A program made the translations under genes and the position numbers. The notes beneath the pieces are model-generated. The model was not told the DNA's origin and made no database searches. It was given only the letters and a program-made list of their open reading frames with translations. A stretch of DNA of 42,887 bases, taken from contig MRSU01000203.1 of the NCBI GenBank assembly GCA_008369845.1, positions 1-42,887 of the forward strand. The letters run 5' to 3'. This DNA comes from Trichomonas gallinae. Its lineage: Eukaryota. Shown in pieces: positions 19,457 through 30,420 of this stretch (the stretch's first letter is position 1; each line of letters begins with the position of its first letter).

Positions 19457-22400
19457 TTACCAGAAAGGCCTCCATGTTGAGTGTTGCTTTGCTAAGTTGT
19501 ATTCATTTGTCGCTGAGTCAATCAGATTCTGTATATATGAATCAATATCTGATGTTTTCTCATATAATACGTCAAAAACATCATCCAATATCTTCTTCCT
19601 TAACTCAGCATTCGGCTGACTCTGGTATGGAACGAATGGTTCTTCAGCCAACAAATAAAATGTTGGAAGAATTAAATAAGCGAAATCAGTTAAAATGTGC
19701 TGTATTCTCTTGAAGTATGGCTTGAATAACATTTCCACTCCACCAATTCCCAGTGCATGAGTAATCATTGGTGTCAGTCTAAATGGAACTTCATCTGGAT
19801 TCTGTATATTGTTAAATCCGGCTTTGAAAATCAGTGAATAATCTATCATAGATATTTCGCCACTCTTCACGTTAACTAATATATTTGAAGGACAACGTCC
19901 ACCCATCCAAGCTAGAGAACCAAGCGAACAGCAGAATGAATAAGAATTTGCAAATGCAGTCCCTTGTTCCAGCCATTGATCTGATGAACTAGACATCGCC
20001 CAGAAAGCTTTTCTTAGGTCATCATAATGTTTGGGAATTGTATTCAGTATTTCTAGTCTCTGTATAGGCCTCAGCAAGTCAACTCTTTGTATTGATTCTG
20101 CCGCCATATCTCGGACTTCTATTGTATTCTCTGATCCACTCGTTTGCCTGAATTTTGCAATGACTTGCTCCAGAAACATCAGTTCATGCGAATGCTGAAG
20201 TAATGTGATATTGTTTGCAATTGGTGTGAAAGTACTGATCGTGTAAGGGAAGCCAGCACTGTTTCCTAATGTTCTCCTCAAGAACAATTTAACAAGTGTG
20301 TTAAACTGTGCTGCTCTTACGTGGAATGTTGCACCTTCATGGACTCTGATCAAGAATATATATTCATTTCCATCTTTTCCTATAAATGTTATCTGCCTTG
20401 GCCTTGTTTTAACTGGAATGACTTGAAGTTCGTTTTTGACGGTTTGCATCGGCTTTGACATTCCAGGGATTAATAACTGTGAGTTTTCAAAAGAAGGTGA
20501 AGAATCCATAACATCAGATAATCTCACTTTTTCAAGTCTTCTAACAAAATCTTGGCAATTTGATACAATCTGTTGTGCTGCTTTGTTCACAAGTGAAGCT
20601 CTCATTTGTGGATTCTCGAACTTTGGATCTTTAGATGTCATCGTCATAACAATTTCTTTTATGTGGACTTCGTTGAGTTTATAGAATAAATGATCAAGAT
20701 TTGATTTAGCTCTGTTGTCATCTGTGAGCAATGAATTTATCAATTCTCTTGATGTTTGCAGCCATTGTTCGAAAATTGTCATTGAAGACAAAGAAATCAT
20801 TTTCTTGAACAAACCTGCTTCAGAAAATAAAATTGAATTTTCAACAGCGAATAAATTGAAGAGAGAAGCAAAGCACGTGTTGTTCATATGCTGTTGATTG
20901 TCGTTTATTGCATGAGCATATATTAAAACATTTTGAGGCTGCGAACGATAAATTTCTACTAAAAATGATGTTGCTACTTGTTGTGCAGCAGGTATTGGCG
21001 AATAAATGAAAGCAAACAACTGTGGAATCACTTCAGCCATCTTCTGAATTGGAATCGAATTCATGAAAGCTAATGATGAATTGAAAATCTCTGGGTCTCC
21101 ACTAGTTAGGAAGAATAATGAAACTGCTGCACATATGTCAGATATTGCAACAAAAGGTTGTTGCTGCAAAACGTTCGAATATGACTTGATTGCTTCGATT
21201 GCGTATGTCTTTTGAGCTGGATTGTTCCTGAAAAGATAATAATTGACGACAGCCCATTTTTGTGTAATATTGATTTTCCTCAAAGGCAAAATTTCTCTCA
21301 ACAAAACTTCCAAAGATTGTAACAATTCGTAATCAAATATTGCATCATTCAAAACATACTCAACGTACAACATTATCTGCGTGAAATGTACTGGTTTCCT
21401 GTTTGGATCTGTCAGTAATAATTCCAATCTATCTAAAACTTCATCTCTTTGATTCTTAGACCATAAATAATGCAAATAAATATTCGCAGGGACATGATCG
21501 GAAATCGAATTTTCGAGATCAAAGTTTGGATAAAAATGCTTAAAGAATGCTTCAAACATTGAGTATTTCTTCTCATTTATAGTGATTTCGAGGAACTTGT
21601 TGAACTGTGCTTGATCATCATTCATCATAATCATCCTTGGACTGATTAAATTCATCCAAACTAATGATGTTGGTTCAGCATTTTGCAGTCTTTGTTTCCA
21701 CATGTCTCTTGGAATGTTTCCTTTCGTTTCGATGATTTCTGTTAGTTCATATAGATACTGGCATGTAACAACGAGTGGATAAATCACAGGATAAGGCGAT
21801 TTGAAGTTCAAACTGTGTTTTGTCGCAATCATTTCGAAAACTTGCTTGATAATAATTTTCGCGTCATCATATTTTCCTAAAGTAATTAAAGAAAATGCTT
21901 TTGTAGTTAAGTTCTTGATTGTTGGCTCTGTTTCGAATGATGAGTAAAATGCTAATATTGATTTATCAGTGAAAAACGTTGACTGTGCAAAAGACTGAGA
22001 AATTTTCGGCATGCATTCTTTGTAATTATTTAAGACATATGAACTCATGTTGATAATATCGTTATATTTATATAAATTCTGAGCGCAGAAGATGTAACCT
22101 ATGAGTTCATTTGGTGATACTTTTTCCCCTGAATCCATTTTCTTTTGGTATAATGGGAAAGCTTCATCCCACATTTTTAATGTCAGCAAAAATTCTTTCG
22201 AAATCGGTTTATTCATCATTTTGATCAGCGGACTCATATCCATTTGATGGGAGACTTCAGATAAAAATATGGCAAACTGTCTTAGTGTTATTTCGTTTTT
22301 GTCTCTCATGTAGTATTCGTGGAGATGATGTAAACCGAAAGAAATGCTTCTAGATCTTATGCATATATTTATGAAATCCTTTGGATCAAACTGCAAACCG

Positions 22401-25400
22401 TTTCCAACCCTTTCCAGTTGTTCTATTAATGACACCAAAGTTCTTAAAAGATTATTCGGCATCTTAGGATTCTGCAGTGAAATTGAAAGTTTTTTGGATA
22501 GCATTGATTTTTCGCTCGTTGTCAGTTCAGACCAGCAAGTTGAAAAAGCGGCTGGAAACAGATAAATAGCGAGTCTTTTGTGTGCAGCACTTAATTGGCT
22601 GCAGCATGAAATAGTTGAACAAGGCGAAGTAACAATTGCTGTGCTTATCAAATGCTGGTACCAGTTTTGCCAGTGCTTTGGCGTGTACATTGCGTCATCA
22701 TCGAAACATTTCATGAACATCTGTTTAGAACTACTGCTGGAAATAGAACTGTTGCTTCTTGATGATCTGACACTGTCAGACGATGGCATTTGTAAGTATT
22801 CAACTTCACTTTTAGTATTTTGTCTTACTAAATTCATTATCCTGTCGAATTCTTTAGCTGCTCTTTCATCTTTCTGCAAAACATCGAAAATTCTGTGCGC
22901 GTAATAATTAATATTTTTGTCGATGATAAAAATCATGATTTTCAAGACACCTAAAGCAATATTTTGCACGTAACTTTCCTTGTCGACGCATAAAAGAGAA
23001 ACAGCTGAAAAAATCACTCCTGCATAAGGATTAGGGTCTGTTTTCTGTATCAATGATTTGAGAGTCTTCAATGCTGTTACTTTTATGTTATTTGCCATGT
23101 AAACCATTGATATTGTGTTGCAAATCTGTGGAATGAATAATTTGCATAATGATGGGAAATATGAACATAAAGTTGCTGATAATTTTAGACAACTGTCTGC
23201 TAAAAATGTGTTTGTTGAGATACTTGATGAAATTGTTCTTCTTATTCGAGAAACTAAAGGATATAAAAATGGAAGAAAATCATTACCAAGGCCAACAACG
23301 ATGCTCGAAATAACATCAATAAAATAATTCAAGTCTGGTACATCCCATTGTTCATAGATACAGTTCAGAATTGACTCAACGTGTGGAAACATTTGCTGTT
23401 TTGCGACTAATGTCAATGTTTTGAGCTGTTTTATTGACTCTATTCTTGCTGTATCCGTTGATTCTTGAATGTGAGTCAAAATGATTGGTATGATTTGGCT
23501 GAGATGCTCAGAAGATTGAGTGGACATCATGGAAAGTGTTGTAATGGCAGTAGATAAACTTTGTGTTCTAAAATTTGACAGATATTTGTCATTAACCATT
23601 TCCATCAATTTTGGGAATATTAATGACCCGTAGTACTCATTTTGTGATTGTTCTCCGCTATTTGGCTGTATCGTGTCATCAGCCCTAGATGCTCCTGATT
23701 GTTCTGAAGGAACTCTCTGTGGACTGACAGCTCCACATTGTCCAATAAATTCCAGTGCTCTGACTTTCAAGCTTTTTGACTCGCTGTGTGCTGCAATAGA
23801 GAGTAAAGCATCCAATAGCATCGGAGCAACACCATATATATTTGCTGTAGAAGCTGTCTTTTTGACGAATAATGATAAAGTGTCGATTACCAATTTCTTT
23901 ATTTCCTTTGATGAATATTCTTTTAACAACGTCGTGAAAATCGGCAAAATTTGTGTCAAATAAGGTGAAATACTTTGATGATTAACTTGTAGAATTCCTT
24001 GAATTGTTTTGATAAGATTTATTGTTAGCTGAGTTTCAGCTTCACTGCCTATAACTGAGTTCGTTGTGCCTCTAATAGACAATAGTTTAATGATGATAGG
24101 AATCATGGTTGTCGCGTAGATAGGAAATAAAGTTGCTGAAGCTTCAATCAAAGCTGGTAAACTTTCTGTAGCGTGTGCACGTTCAAACGAGCTTGCTGAG
24201 CATTGCAAAGCGTATAAAGCATTGATTAACGCATTCCTTAATATGGAATCTGATCCAATTGGTGAATATTTGCGCGTGTTTTTTAAAACTTGAAAACAAA
24301 AACTTCTAACTTGAGGTGAATTGTCATTAGCAAGGTTTTTAAGGAATTTGAGGAATGGATCATGAGCTAGATATGGATAATGAAGATGATTAAATGAAGA
24401 AATGATGGAAATTCTTACTGTTAATGAAGTATCTGATGCTGCAATTGCGATTAACTGTTTTAGGACTTTAGAGAACTCCACTGGGTCATCTGAAGGTAGA
24501 ATATGCAATAAAGCACGAGGAGCAGCTGCTCTTAAGTCGTCATTCTTGGCAAATAAATATTTTTTAACTTGAGGAACTAATTCTGGATTATTTAGCATTG
24601 GAAGCATAGGAATTAATTTTAATGCATGGATAGAATAATCTGATAAAACATTAAGCGCCAAAAGAACTTTTTCAATAATCACATTCGAATGATCTTCCCA
24701 AAATGTTGAATTTCCTGTTTGAAGAAGTGGAAATAAGTCAAGGAAATTTGGTGTAAACAAAACACCAGAAACTAGCTGCCAAATTTCAACGGATTTCGAA
24801 ACATTCAGACTAGAATCGATTGTTAGTATTTTCTTGAGTAAAGATAAGACTGATTTGATGTTTTGAATGTCTCTTCCCTGGACAATTTTGATACATTCAG
24901 CTAAAATTATCGAAATATTTTGAATAATCGGATCAGGAAGAAAATCCAGCAAAACACCGAACATTTCGCATACTGTTGGAACTAATTCGCCTCTTTCTAT
25001 CATTTTTATCATCGAATTAAAAACATCAGTGAAAAATTCAACATGAAAAATCGGAGGATCAACAGCTGAGAGCAAAGCGCGAATCATAACGCATTTCTGC
25101 TTGAATTTCCCTTTCGCTTGTTCTATGTGCGGAGTGATTGTGTAATAAATATCGTATAATGCTAATTCGAAATAATGTGGCTTTAATCGTAGTAATTCTG
25201 CCATGATCGAAGCAACAGCTGGAGATGAATTTACCTTGAAATCGTGTATGTGATTTAAGCATAATTGCATATATTCGTTAAATTGCTCTCTTAAATTATA
25301 AGCTTTAGTTTTTATCAATGTAATGAAATATTGTGTTAGTACTTCAGCATCTAAGTTCTGTATTTCGTTGTTTGATGAAAATAAAAGATTCCAAAGAGTG

Positions 25401-25906
25401 ACTTGAATTTCTCCTGAATTTAGAATAAAAAATGTTGGTAATAATGACGAATATTCTTTTATCATGTGTAATGCAATGATTTGGTTGCCTTTTTTATTGT
25501 CTACTGTTAGTAAATTCATTCCATAGGATAAATAAATCGAAGCTAGACTGGAATCTGTTTCTAATTTTTCCGCAGAAATCTTTGCTATGCAATACGCAGA
25601 CAGATGAGCTGTCTCATAATCGTCTGTTTTCATTATTAGCTCGAAAAACGATTTTAAAATATTGTTATCTTGCTCGTAAAAGTGGAATATTGTTAATAAA
25701 ATGATTGCTATTCGTTGGATATTGGCAGGTGTCCGTATTTTGCATAGTGATGACGCATATTCTGTCGAAGCATTCACCCAATTCTTGATATCTTCTTGCG
25801 GAAAGTACTGCAATCTTTGTATCATTCTCGTCCACGTGATATCAGCATACCTCCTAGTCTCGTTAAAAGATGCAGGGAAGTGAAAAGCTTCGAGAACTGC
25901 CTTCAA
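19457..25906 (-). CDS. TOR-like PIKK atypical kinase (HEAT-FAT-kinase-FATC), probable pseudokinase; start codon uncertain (TTG 25906 or ATG 25825)
   Basis: HEAT repeats, TOR-like LIEQLER and GQCGAVSP, kinase-region KTRPRQI and EVPFRLTPMITHALG, and C-terminal FATC NLAKQHSTWRPFW*. Confidence 0.9.
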   Translation of the reverse strand: MKAVLEAFHFPASFNETRRYADITWTRMIQRLQYFPQEDIKNWVNASTEYASSLCKIRTPANIQRIAIILLTIFHFYEQDNNILKSFFELIMKTDDYETAHLSAYCIAKISAEKLETDSSLASIYLSYGMNLLTVDNKKGNQIIALHMIKEYSSLLPTFFILNSGEIQVTLWNLLFSSNNEIQNLDAEVLTQYFITLIKTKAYNLREQFNEYMQLCLNHIHDFKVNSSPAVASIMAELLRLKPHYFELALYDIYYTITPHIEQAKGKFKQKCVMIRALLSAVDPPIFHVEFFTDVFNSMIKMIERGELVPTVCEMFGVLLDFLPDPIIQNISIILAECIKIVQGRDIQNIKSVLSLLKKILTIDSSLNVSKSVEIWQLVSGVLFTPNFLDLFPLLQTGNSTFWEDHSNVIIEKVLLALNVLSDYSIHALKLIPMLPMLNNPELVPQVKKYLFAKNDDLRAAAPRALLHILPSDDPVEFSKVLKQLIAIAASDTSLTVRISIISSFNHLHYPYLAHDPFLKFLKNLANDNSPQVRSFCFQVLKNTRKYSPIGSDSILRNALINALYALQCSASSFERAHATESLPALIEASATLFPIYATTMIPIIIKLLSIRGTTNSVIGSEAETQLTINLIKTIQGILQVNHQSISPYLTQILPIFTTLLKEYSSKEIKKLVIDTLSLFVKKTASTANIYGVAPMLLDALLSIAAHSESKSLKVRALEFIGQCGAVSPQRVPSEQSGASRADDTIQPNSGEQSQNEYYGSLIFPKLMEMVNDKYLSNFRTQSLSTAITTLSMMSTQSSEHLSQIIPIILTHIQESTDTARIESIKQLKTLTLVAKQQMFPHVESILNCIYEQWDVPDLNYFIDVISSIVVGLGNDFLPFLYPLVSRIRRTISSSISTNTFLADSCLKLSATLCSYFPSLCKLFIPQICNTISMVYMANNIKVTALKTLKSLIQKTDPNPYAGVIFSAVSLLCVDKESYVQNIALGVLKIMIFIIDKNINYYAHRIFDVLQKDERAAKEFDRIMNLVRQNTKSEVEYLQMPSSDSVRSSRSNSSISSSSSKQMFMKCFDDDAMYTPKHWQNWYQHLISTAIVTSPCSTISCCSQLSAAHKRLAIYLFPAAFSTCWSELTTSEKSMLSKKLSISLQNPKMPNNLLRTLVSLIEQLERVGNGLQFDPKDFINICIRSRSISFGLHHLHEYYMRDKNEITLRQFAIFLSEVSHQMDMSPLIKMMNKPISKEFLLTLKMWDEAFPLYQKKMDSGEKVSPNELIGYIFCAQNLYKYNDIINMSSYVLNNYKECMPKISQSFAQSTFFTDKSILAFYSSFETEPTIKNLTTKAFSLITLGKYDDAKIIIKQVFEMIATKHSLNFKSPYPVIYPLVVTCQYLYELTEIIETKGNIPRDMWKQRLQNAEPTSLVWMNLISPRMIMMNDDQAQFNKFLEITINEKKYSMFEAFFKHFYPNFDLENSISDHVPANIYLHYLWSKNQRDEVLDRLELLLTDPNRKPVHFTQIMLYVEYVLNDAIFDYELLQSLEVLLREILPLRKINITQKWAVVNYYLFRNNPAQKTYAIEAIKSYSNVLQQQPFVAISDICAAVSLFFLTSGDPEIFNSSLAFMNSIPIQKMAEVIPQLFAFIYSPIPAAQQVATSFLVEIYRSQPQNVLIYAHAINDNQQHMNNTCFASLFNLFAVENSILFSEAGLFKKMISLSSMTIFEQWLQTSRELINSLLTDDNRAKSNLDHLFYKLNEVHIKEIVMTMTSKDPKFENPQMRASLVNKAAQQIVSNCQDFVRRLEKVRLSDVMDSSPSFENSQLLIPGMSKPMQTVKNELQVIPVKTRPRQITFIGKDGNEYIFLIRVHEGATFHVRAAQFNTLVKLFLRRTLGNSAGFPYTISTFTPIANNITLLQHSHELMFLEQVIAKFRQTSGSENTIEVRDMAAESIQRVDLLRPIQRLEILNTIPKHYDDLRKAFWAMSSSSDQWLEQGTAFANSYSFCCSLGSLAWMGGRCPSNILVNVKSGEISMIDYSLIFKAGFNNIQNPDEVPFRLTPMITHALGIGGVEMLFKPYFKRIQHILTDFAYLILPTFYLLAEEPFVPYQSQPNAELRKKILDDVFDVLYEKTSDIDSYIQNLIDSATNEYNLAKQHSTWRPFW

Positions 25907-26647
25907 TTTTAGGCAAAAGTCGTCACTTTTGAAATTTAATACAATTAACCACCTTTTAAAATTTTGCTATGTAAATAATTTACTTGTCAAATCTATCAAC
26001 TCATTATCACTAAAAAGTATTATATGAAAAGCATCGATATAATATTTATATTCATTTAAGGTTTAGTAGTAATTTTGCATTGTATGATGTATCAAAAGAT
26101 CAATATATAAATGATTTTTGGATTCATTATTAAATTTTTTTGTAATGTAAAATTGAATTTACATGGCAAAATATTTTGATGCTTCATTCTATGAATAAAG
26201 ACATGAATATTGTGAGCTAAAAATATAATATTTTGTATATTGATGTGCTACAAAAAGGATATGCATGATTACAAATCATAATATCTATAATATTGAAATC
26301 AAAAATATTAAAATTTATAAATTTCCATTTGTACTTGACAAAATGATAGACTAGGAATATCTAATTAGAATTAGAAAAATTAATATATTGTCATGAGCAA
26401 ATTAATCAATTGAAATTTGCTTTATGATATAGATTTTTTGATTTCTTTGTATGTGCATATTATAGACAACTAGTTTATGTATCTATCATATTATGTTTGG
26501 TAGTGTAATATTGGTTGTATTATGAGAAAAATTATGATTTTTGACACTGACAAAATTAATTTTCCAAAAAAAATCGAAAGAAATAAAACAATAAAATGTC
26601 TGTTAATTCGTGATTAATTTATTTTTGTCAAAATTTTAAAGTTTTTG

Positions 26648-27370
26648 ATGTCGAAGATTCCGGATTCGGAACTTTCGAAGAAGATAGATCATATTAGATT
26701 CGAGACAAAGAGAATACAGGTGATGATTGCAAATAATGAAGACAAACTTAGGGCTACAGACGAATGCTTTAAAGAGGTTCAAGATAAAATTCGCGAAATT
26801 AACAATGCAAACAAAGAAGCACAGAAAGAAATGGATAGAATAAAAAGCATTAAAAACAATAAAACAGAAGAACTCGAAAAACAACTTAAAATAAACTTGG
26901 CCAAAATTAATACAGAGCATCAGAGAGTTTTAGAGCGAAAAATGCAACTATACGAGCGCGAACAAAACTGTGCATATGATATTCAGCAATTAGAACACAA
27001 TTTAAAAGAATCTTTGAAACGCAAACTAAGAGAACTCGAACAAAAGAAGAGAGAATTACATCAGGCAGAGATAAATCTCATGCATATGCAACATGGGCAA
27101 GAAGAATGCATTAAATACATTCTTTCTAACAAAACATATTTTAATCAAAATTATGATGAAGAAGAACAATATTACGAAGAAGATCCTTTCGAATATGGCT
27201 CTGATGACTCATTTGACGAATTAAACATAAGAATGTATGAATTACAAAGAAAACATATTGATTGCATTCACAAAATCGATGCTTTAAAGAAGAAACAGAA
27301 AATATTACTTGATATGAAGAATGACTTCCTTAAATCAATTGCTGAAGAAAAAGAAAAACAAAAAACATAA
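26648..27370 (+). CDS. Coiled-coil hypothetical protein
   Basis: ATG at 26648; E/K/Q-rich heptad-like sequence throughout. Confidence 0.75.
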   Translation: MSKIPDSELSKKIDHIRFETKRIQVMIANNEDKLRATDECFKEVQDKIREINNANKEAQKEMDRIKSIKNNKTEELEKQLKINLAKINTEHQRVLERKMQLYEREQNCAYDIQQLEHNLKESLKRKLRELEQKKRELHQAEINLMHMQHGQEECIKYILSNKTYFNQNYDEEEQYYEEDPFEYGSDDSFDELNIRMYELQRKHIDCIHKIDALKKKQKILLDMKNDFLKSIAEEKEKQKT

Positions 27371-27746
27371 AATCAAATATCAATTATCAAAGAATTACTT
27401 AATCAAACAAGCATATCTGGAGCACAAAATGCTATATCTTCTAATTAATAGTAATGAAACATACTATTCTCGTTTAATTATCAAAAGATCAATTTGAATC
27501 TTACCAAAACAAATGTAATTTAGCGCAAATCATAACATTTTGATAACTAATACAGTTGAATGATCTTATTTCTCAGGTATCATTAATGAATCATTCAAAT
27601 ATCAAAAATTTTTCTATAATTTATCATGAATGATTGTCTAGTTGATACAGACTTAGTGTGTCTGCATAAAATAATGTTATTTACATAAAAAGAATAAACA
27701 AACAATTTTAAATATAAAACAACAAAAAGTTGATATGTATAATATA

Positions 27747-29768
27747 CTAATCTTTGTGATAAATTCTGTTCAAATCTTCTGTGTATTCTGGGAACTTCTT
27801 GATAAGAGGCTCCGAATCTGGGAGAATCTGAATTATTTCTTTATGATAACTTTCTGGTAGAAGAAGCAAAGCTGCAACAAGCAAATGTGACTTAGATGTA
27901 TCGAACCTAGTCAGCAATGCCTTCATTTTGTCTTGTTTTCCTGAATCAAAATATGCTTGAAGGACTTTAACGACTTCTACTAGTGAAAACGGATCTGATA
28001 AGAATGTCATTGATATGGAATAAAGCTTTTGAGGCTCATCTAGGAACTCTGATAAAATTGTTGCAAGAAAAGGATGCCTTTTGAGCTTAAGCTCACCTAC
28101 TTTGTAATTACCAGCAAGAGAAAATGAGCAAACTCCAAGAATGAACTCACCAACGAATTTCTTTCGTAATGGAATCAATCTCTTGTGAACGTAAACGTAG
28201 GATTTTTCTTCTGTTAAGATAAATATGATGGGTGACTGCTGTGTAGTCATAATATTATAGACATTGTCGGCAATTTTCTCGTCTGAGCAGAGAACTGTTA
28301 ATTTTCCATCAATAAGGGTTAAAATTCCATTCGAGAAATCATATAATGCTCCATTAGAGATTCTGCATGCCAAATTGTGCTTTTCGACAAGATTTATCTT
28401 CTGTTTGTGAATAAAATATAATTCAATCGATTTCTTTGTGCCGACAACTAATTTGGACTCAACATGGGTAACAAATACGACTGGAGCTTCAAGATTTATA
28501 CTGTGAACGATTGTAATCAAATCTGGAGATAATAATAATAATTTCCAAGAATTATCTGTTTCTTCTTGTGCGATGGCAACGAAATATCCCTCTTGGAACC
28601 ACAACCCTTGGCAAGAGTTCAATCTATCGGCACTGAAAACCCATTTTGCTTTTTCAGCGCTATAATAAGCGAAACCACGCTTTCCTGCAATAACTATGTA
28701 ATTATAATCAGGAGAGGCAGCTGCATATTTGATTGAAAAGCCTCTAGAAATCAATTCTTGTGGTCCATCAATTGTTGATCTTTCGCAACCGAAAATAACC
28801 TTCTGACTTGTATGGAAAACTAATGACGGCGAATATAAGTCTGTCATTGCAATGTCTATTAGAATTAGTTCGTTTGGAAGAGCAATAATTAATTGTGCGT
28901 AATCCCAGATGAATTCGAATGATATACATGAATTTGGATCGAATTCTATTTCGAGGTTTGTCTTTGTTTTACTTCTATTCTTGTAATTAATTATCAAAAT
29001 ATCTCTTTCATGAGAAAGAGCGAACATATATGGTCCCCTGCTGCTCCATACGCTGCGGACACAGTTTTGCGCTATCTTAATCTCGGATGTCGATCGAGTT
29101 AAATTCGTGATATAAGATAAAACTCCATTACTATGCAAAATCGACAGAGCCATTGAATCAGGAGAGACAATGAACTCTTTAGTATTGTTGTAGCTTGTGT
29201 ATGATATCTTTAATGAAGTGCTTTCGAAGACTCCGCCTAAATGAATCGGTGCAGTGCCGAATCTTCCATTTTCGAAAGACATCAGAGCAACACCATCCAC
29301 TATTTTGAGGCAGTTGATGGCTGCTCCATCTTCTGATAGTAGATTAAACTCGCCTATGCATTCTCCTGTTAATGATATTGTTTGAATTATTGGCCCATTT
29401 AGCGCAATTGCAATATTATCATCAACTATGGCTACAGCTGTTATCTCTACTTTAATTGGTACATAGACAGAGTTAACAAATTGTCCATTATCATTTATTG
29501 ATAATATTGAAATTAAGTTTTTTTGAGTAACTATTACGAGGTATTTGCTTGATATCCACTCAAGGGATACGAATTCACCGTAATCTTTAAATTTTTCTTC
29601 GGATAACTTAAAAACGGAAATGACTTTATCTGTAAATTGCAGGGAATTTATGAGTTTTAGCTCCCTGTATGTCATGCATGCTGTGAACTTCTCATCAGGG
29701 GACCTTCGACACAGTTTTACTGGTGCATTCCAGTCAAGTTTAACCCTTGTAAATCCATTCACAAACAT
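27747..29768 (-). CDS. RIC1-like beta-propeller protein (Rab6/Ypt6 GEF subunit-like)
   Basis: IKYAAASPDYNYIVIAGKRGFAYYSAEKAKWVF matches the conserved RIC1 block (PIRYAxxxxDGxxxAVAGxRGxAHYS...W). Beta-rich N-terminus and helical C-terminus. Confidence 0.7.
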   Translation of the reverse strand: MFVNGFTRVKLDWNAPVKLCRRSPDEKFTACMTYRELKLINSLQFTDKVISVFKLSEEKFKDYGEFVSLEWISSKYLVIVTQKNLISILSINDNGQFVNSVYVPIKVEITAVAIVDDNIAIALNGPIIQTISLTGECIGEFNLLSEDGAAINCLKIVDGVALMSFENGRFGTAPIHLGGVFESTSLKISYTSYNNTKEFIVSPDSMALSILHSNGVLSYITNLTRSTSEIKIAQNCVRSVWSSRGPYMFALSHERDILIINYKNRSKTKTNLEIEFDPNSCISFEFIWDYAQLIIALPNELILIDIAMTDLYSPSLVFHTSQKVIFGCERSTIDGPQELISRGFSIKYAAASPDYNYIVIAGKRGFAYYSAEKAKWVFSADRLNSCQGLWFQEGYFVAIAQEETDNSWKLLLLSPDLITIVHSINLEAPVVFVTHVESKLVVGTKKSIELYFIHKQKINLVEKHNLACRISNGALYDFSNGILTLIDGKLTVLCSDEKIADNVYNIMTTQQSPIIFILTEEKSYVYVHKRLIPLRKKFVGEFILGVCSFSLAGNYKVGELKLKRHPFLATILSEFLDEPQKLYSISMTFLSDPFSLVEVVKVLQAYFDSGKQDKMKALLTRFDTSKSHLLVAALLLLPESYHKEIIQILPDSEPLIKKFPEYTEDLNRIYHKD

Positions 29769-30420
29769 TTTTTGTTTTGTAGAAAAAAAAATTACACTGA
29801 ATCAAATTTTTTTTTGTTTTTCTCGCCTTATTTAGTGATAATAATTAGTTTTTAATTAAAAAATTTTCACTTAGGATTTAAAAGATGAAAATATTTTTAT
29901 AAAACAGTCATTCAATGTAATAAAAGAAAGAAGATTTTGAATGCAAGAAGTTTTGAGAAGAAAAACACGTTATTTTAAAAAAGCTAAAAAGCAAATTCAT
30001 GTGTATATCACCAGAGTGATTTTGATCCAATTTTTTCCCCATCGAAAAAATTATGAAATTGCAGTAAAACAAGCAACTTCTTATAATGAGCAGTGTAAAT
30101 TTGATCAAAATAATTAGTTTTTGAATGTGAAATATTTTTGACAACAAAAAAAATTTTACATGTCAAAAATATTTAACCTGGATTATTTTCCATTTTCATT
30201 GCAATATGTTAGTCAACTTAACTGATTTATAAGCATCATTATAAAAACAATGATGGTTTCTATATAATTATTTTAAAAAAAAACAATTTTTTCTTATTTG
30301 GCTCATATACGAAGAAATTATGATGCATTTCCTTATGTGTTGTTGCTTAGAAACAAAACAAACCAAATGTTAAGAATTAAAACATACAAATTTACATAAT
30401 ATATAAACATAAAGGCAAAA

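Noticed and set aside
19474..25883. Short antisense or alternative-frame ORFs within the TOR-like gene (and likewise within other long genes)
   Set aside because: Short, mostly non-ATG starts, no motifs; expected by chance opposite long CDSs.
29908..30147. 79-aa minus-strand ORF downstream of the TTGACATGTAA motif at 30156
   Set aside because: TTG start, very AT-rich and no recognisable motif. A decayed gene cannot be excluded but is unsupported.
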